A stretch of 64,000 nt of DNA. Origin: a virus. Taxonomy: Duplodnaviria > Caudoviricetes. Below are positions 62,971 through 64,000 of this stretch, piece after piece; positions within the stretch are counted from its first letter, which is position 1, and each line of letters begins with the position of its first letter. Position numbers and translations under genes: made by a program. Location of the stretch: IMG/VR virus record IMGVR_UViG_3300017791_000194, positions 1-64,000 of that record, one strand, 5' to 3'. Below the pieces are notes generated by a model. That model had not been told where the DNA came from and searched no databases. It worked only from the letters and a program-made list of their open reading frames with translations.

Positions 62971-63798
62971 CTAGATCTCCTCTGTAACTGTGACCCGAGC
63001 TGGGTCGAACGGCAGGATGACCTCCGCTTTGAAGAGCGGGGCATCATCGTCGGCCCGCAGATACGGGCACTTTCGACAGGCAGTGAACGCGACGTCGTTG
63101 ATGACCGGAGCCCTCGTCAGCAGGTGCTCCGCGCAGAGGTTGGTGACGGCCGGGCTTGGTTGAGGTGGAGATTTCAACGGATGCCAGGCGAACGGTGGCT
63201 CCCAGATGAAGACCCGGTCCTGCCCCCGTGCCTGGAGAGCGCGGTAGCCCAGATTCTGGTCCTCCGAGCCATGCCGACCCATGAACAGCATGTCGAAGCC
63301 ATGCAGGGCGATGAGGAAGTTGCGATGAGCCCCGAACATCCCGGCGTAGCTGCTCCAGTGGCCGTGCAGTGCGTTCGGGGGATGCTCTCGCTCCGTGCCC
63401 TCCTCGGGTGCCATGTGCAGTAGATCTGCCACGCCATGGGTCTCGAAGTCGATGAACCGGTGATGGCCCCAGAAGATCATGTCGAGGACCAGACGTTGCT
63501 CGGCCGCAGCCAGCATGCCAGCCGGAGCTACCTGGTCATCGTCCTGAAACACCAGCCAGTCGGCCTTCGCCGTCCAGATGCCGACGTTGCGGCGCAGGAC
63601 GACGTCGTTCTTGCCGTAGCCGTAGAAGTCTGAGTCGAAGTGCAGTACGCGCACCGGGTAGGGCAGGCCCTTGGGCAGCTCGACCTCGTTCGATACGACG
63701 GTGACGAGGTCTGGCGGCCGGGTCTGATAGGCCAGCGACGCGAGGAGCTTGGTGGGCTCGCGTAGAGCGGGAACGATGACCTCAAGCGAGGGCGACAT
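62971..63798 (-). CDS. GT2 (GT-A) glycosyltransferase
   Basis: VIVPAL, RRNVGIWTAKADWLVFQDDD, FDMLFMGRHGSED. Confidence 0.85.
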   Translation of the reverse strand: MSPSLEVIVPALREPTKLLASLAYQTRPPDLVTVVSNEVELPKGLPYPVRVLHFDSDFYGYGKNDVVLRRNVGIWTAKADWLVFQDDDQVAPAGMLAAAEQRLVLDMIFWGHHRFIDFETHGVADLLHMAPEEGTEREHPPNALHGHWSSYAGMFGAHRNFLIALHGFDMLFMGRHGSEDQNLGYRALQARGQDRVFIWEPPFAWHPLKSPPQPSPAVTNLCAEHLLTRAPVINDVAFTACRKCPYLRADDDAPLFKAEVILPFDPARVTVTEEI

Positions 63799-64000
63799 CG
63801 ATCAACTTGATGCGCTCGTTGTACAGGGCTGTGTCGTGATCCCAGCCCTGCATCGCGTTGGTGTAGGTCGAGTCCCAGGGCAGCGAGCGCTGACCCTGGA
63901 ATAGGGGGTGAAGATGCTCGACGTAGCTCTGCATCGCCCGGACAATGACACCCCGCTTCGTGGCGGTGTAGAACTGCTCGGTGTCGGCGTAGTTGTGGAG
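63782..64000 (-). CDS. Partial glycosyltransferase-like gene (3' end only)
   Basis: HNYADTE...KRG...SYVEHLHP...WDSTY, open to the window edge. Confidence 0.55.
   Translation of the reverse strand, partial: LHNYADTEQFYTATKRGVIVRAMQSYVEHLHPLFQGQRSLPWDSTYTNAMQGWDHDTALYNERIKLIDVALA

Noticed and set aside
1-64000. Prophage status / attachment sites
   Set aside because: No integrase or host genes seen in the window; lifestyle cannot be determined.

Overview
This is a 64-kb segment of a high-GC tailed dsDNA phage (siphovirus-like; host probably Actinomycetota or Chloroflexota, inferred only from GC content and promoter style). Layout: 1-6.4 kb holds small leftward accessory genes. 6.6-31.1 kb is a rightward early/middle arm (S24/S26 peptidase, AAA+ ATPase, JAB/RadC, a standalone Cas7-like RAMP, PD-(D/E)XK nuclease plus ERF annealase, putative initiator with an internal inverted repeat, HNHs, RusA, RlpA-like protein, 3 tRNAs and tRNA-like elements). 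31.6-64 kb is a leftward late arm (lysis genes, tail, tape measure, tail chaperones with a -1 frameshift, neck, HK97-type capsid and protease, a giant repeat fibre, 4 glycosyltransferases). Terminase, portal and integrase were not seen in the window. The main result is a lone RAMP gene plus 12 dispersed, phased GGY-NN pentamer arrays. The arrays have a constant GGC/GGT trinucleotide and a variable dinucleotide, and many have a -10-like hexamer, a 5' GCC(G/T)T unit, a 3' GGCAT-GG unit and a 3' hairpin. There is no CRISPR array and no cas1/cas2. This looks like a non-CRISPR RNA-guided system and matches my recollection of the recently reported VIPR architecture, which I cannot verify here. Other notable items: an HNH nuclease in frame inside the tape measure, a cassette-shuffled gene family with identical DNA junctions, and orphan Phd/YefM-like genes with TGTACA operators. 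All calls come from reading the sequence by eye; no database searches were run.
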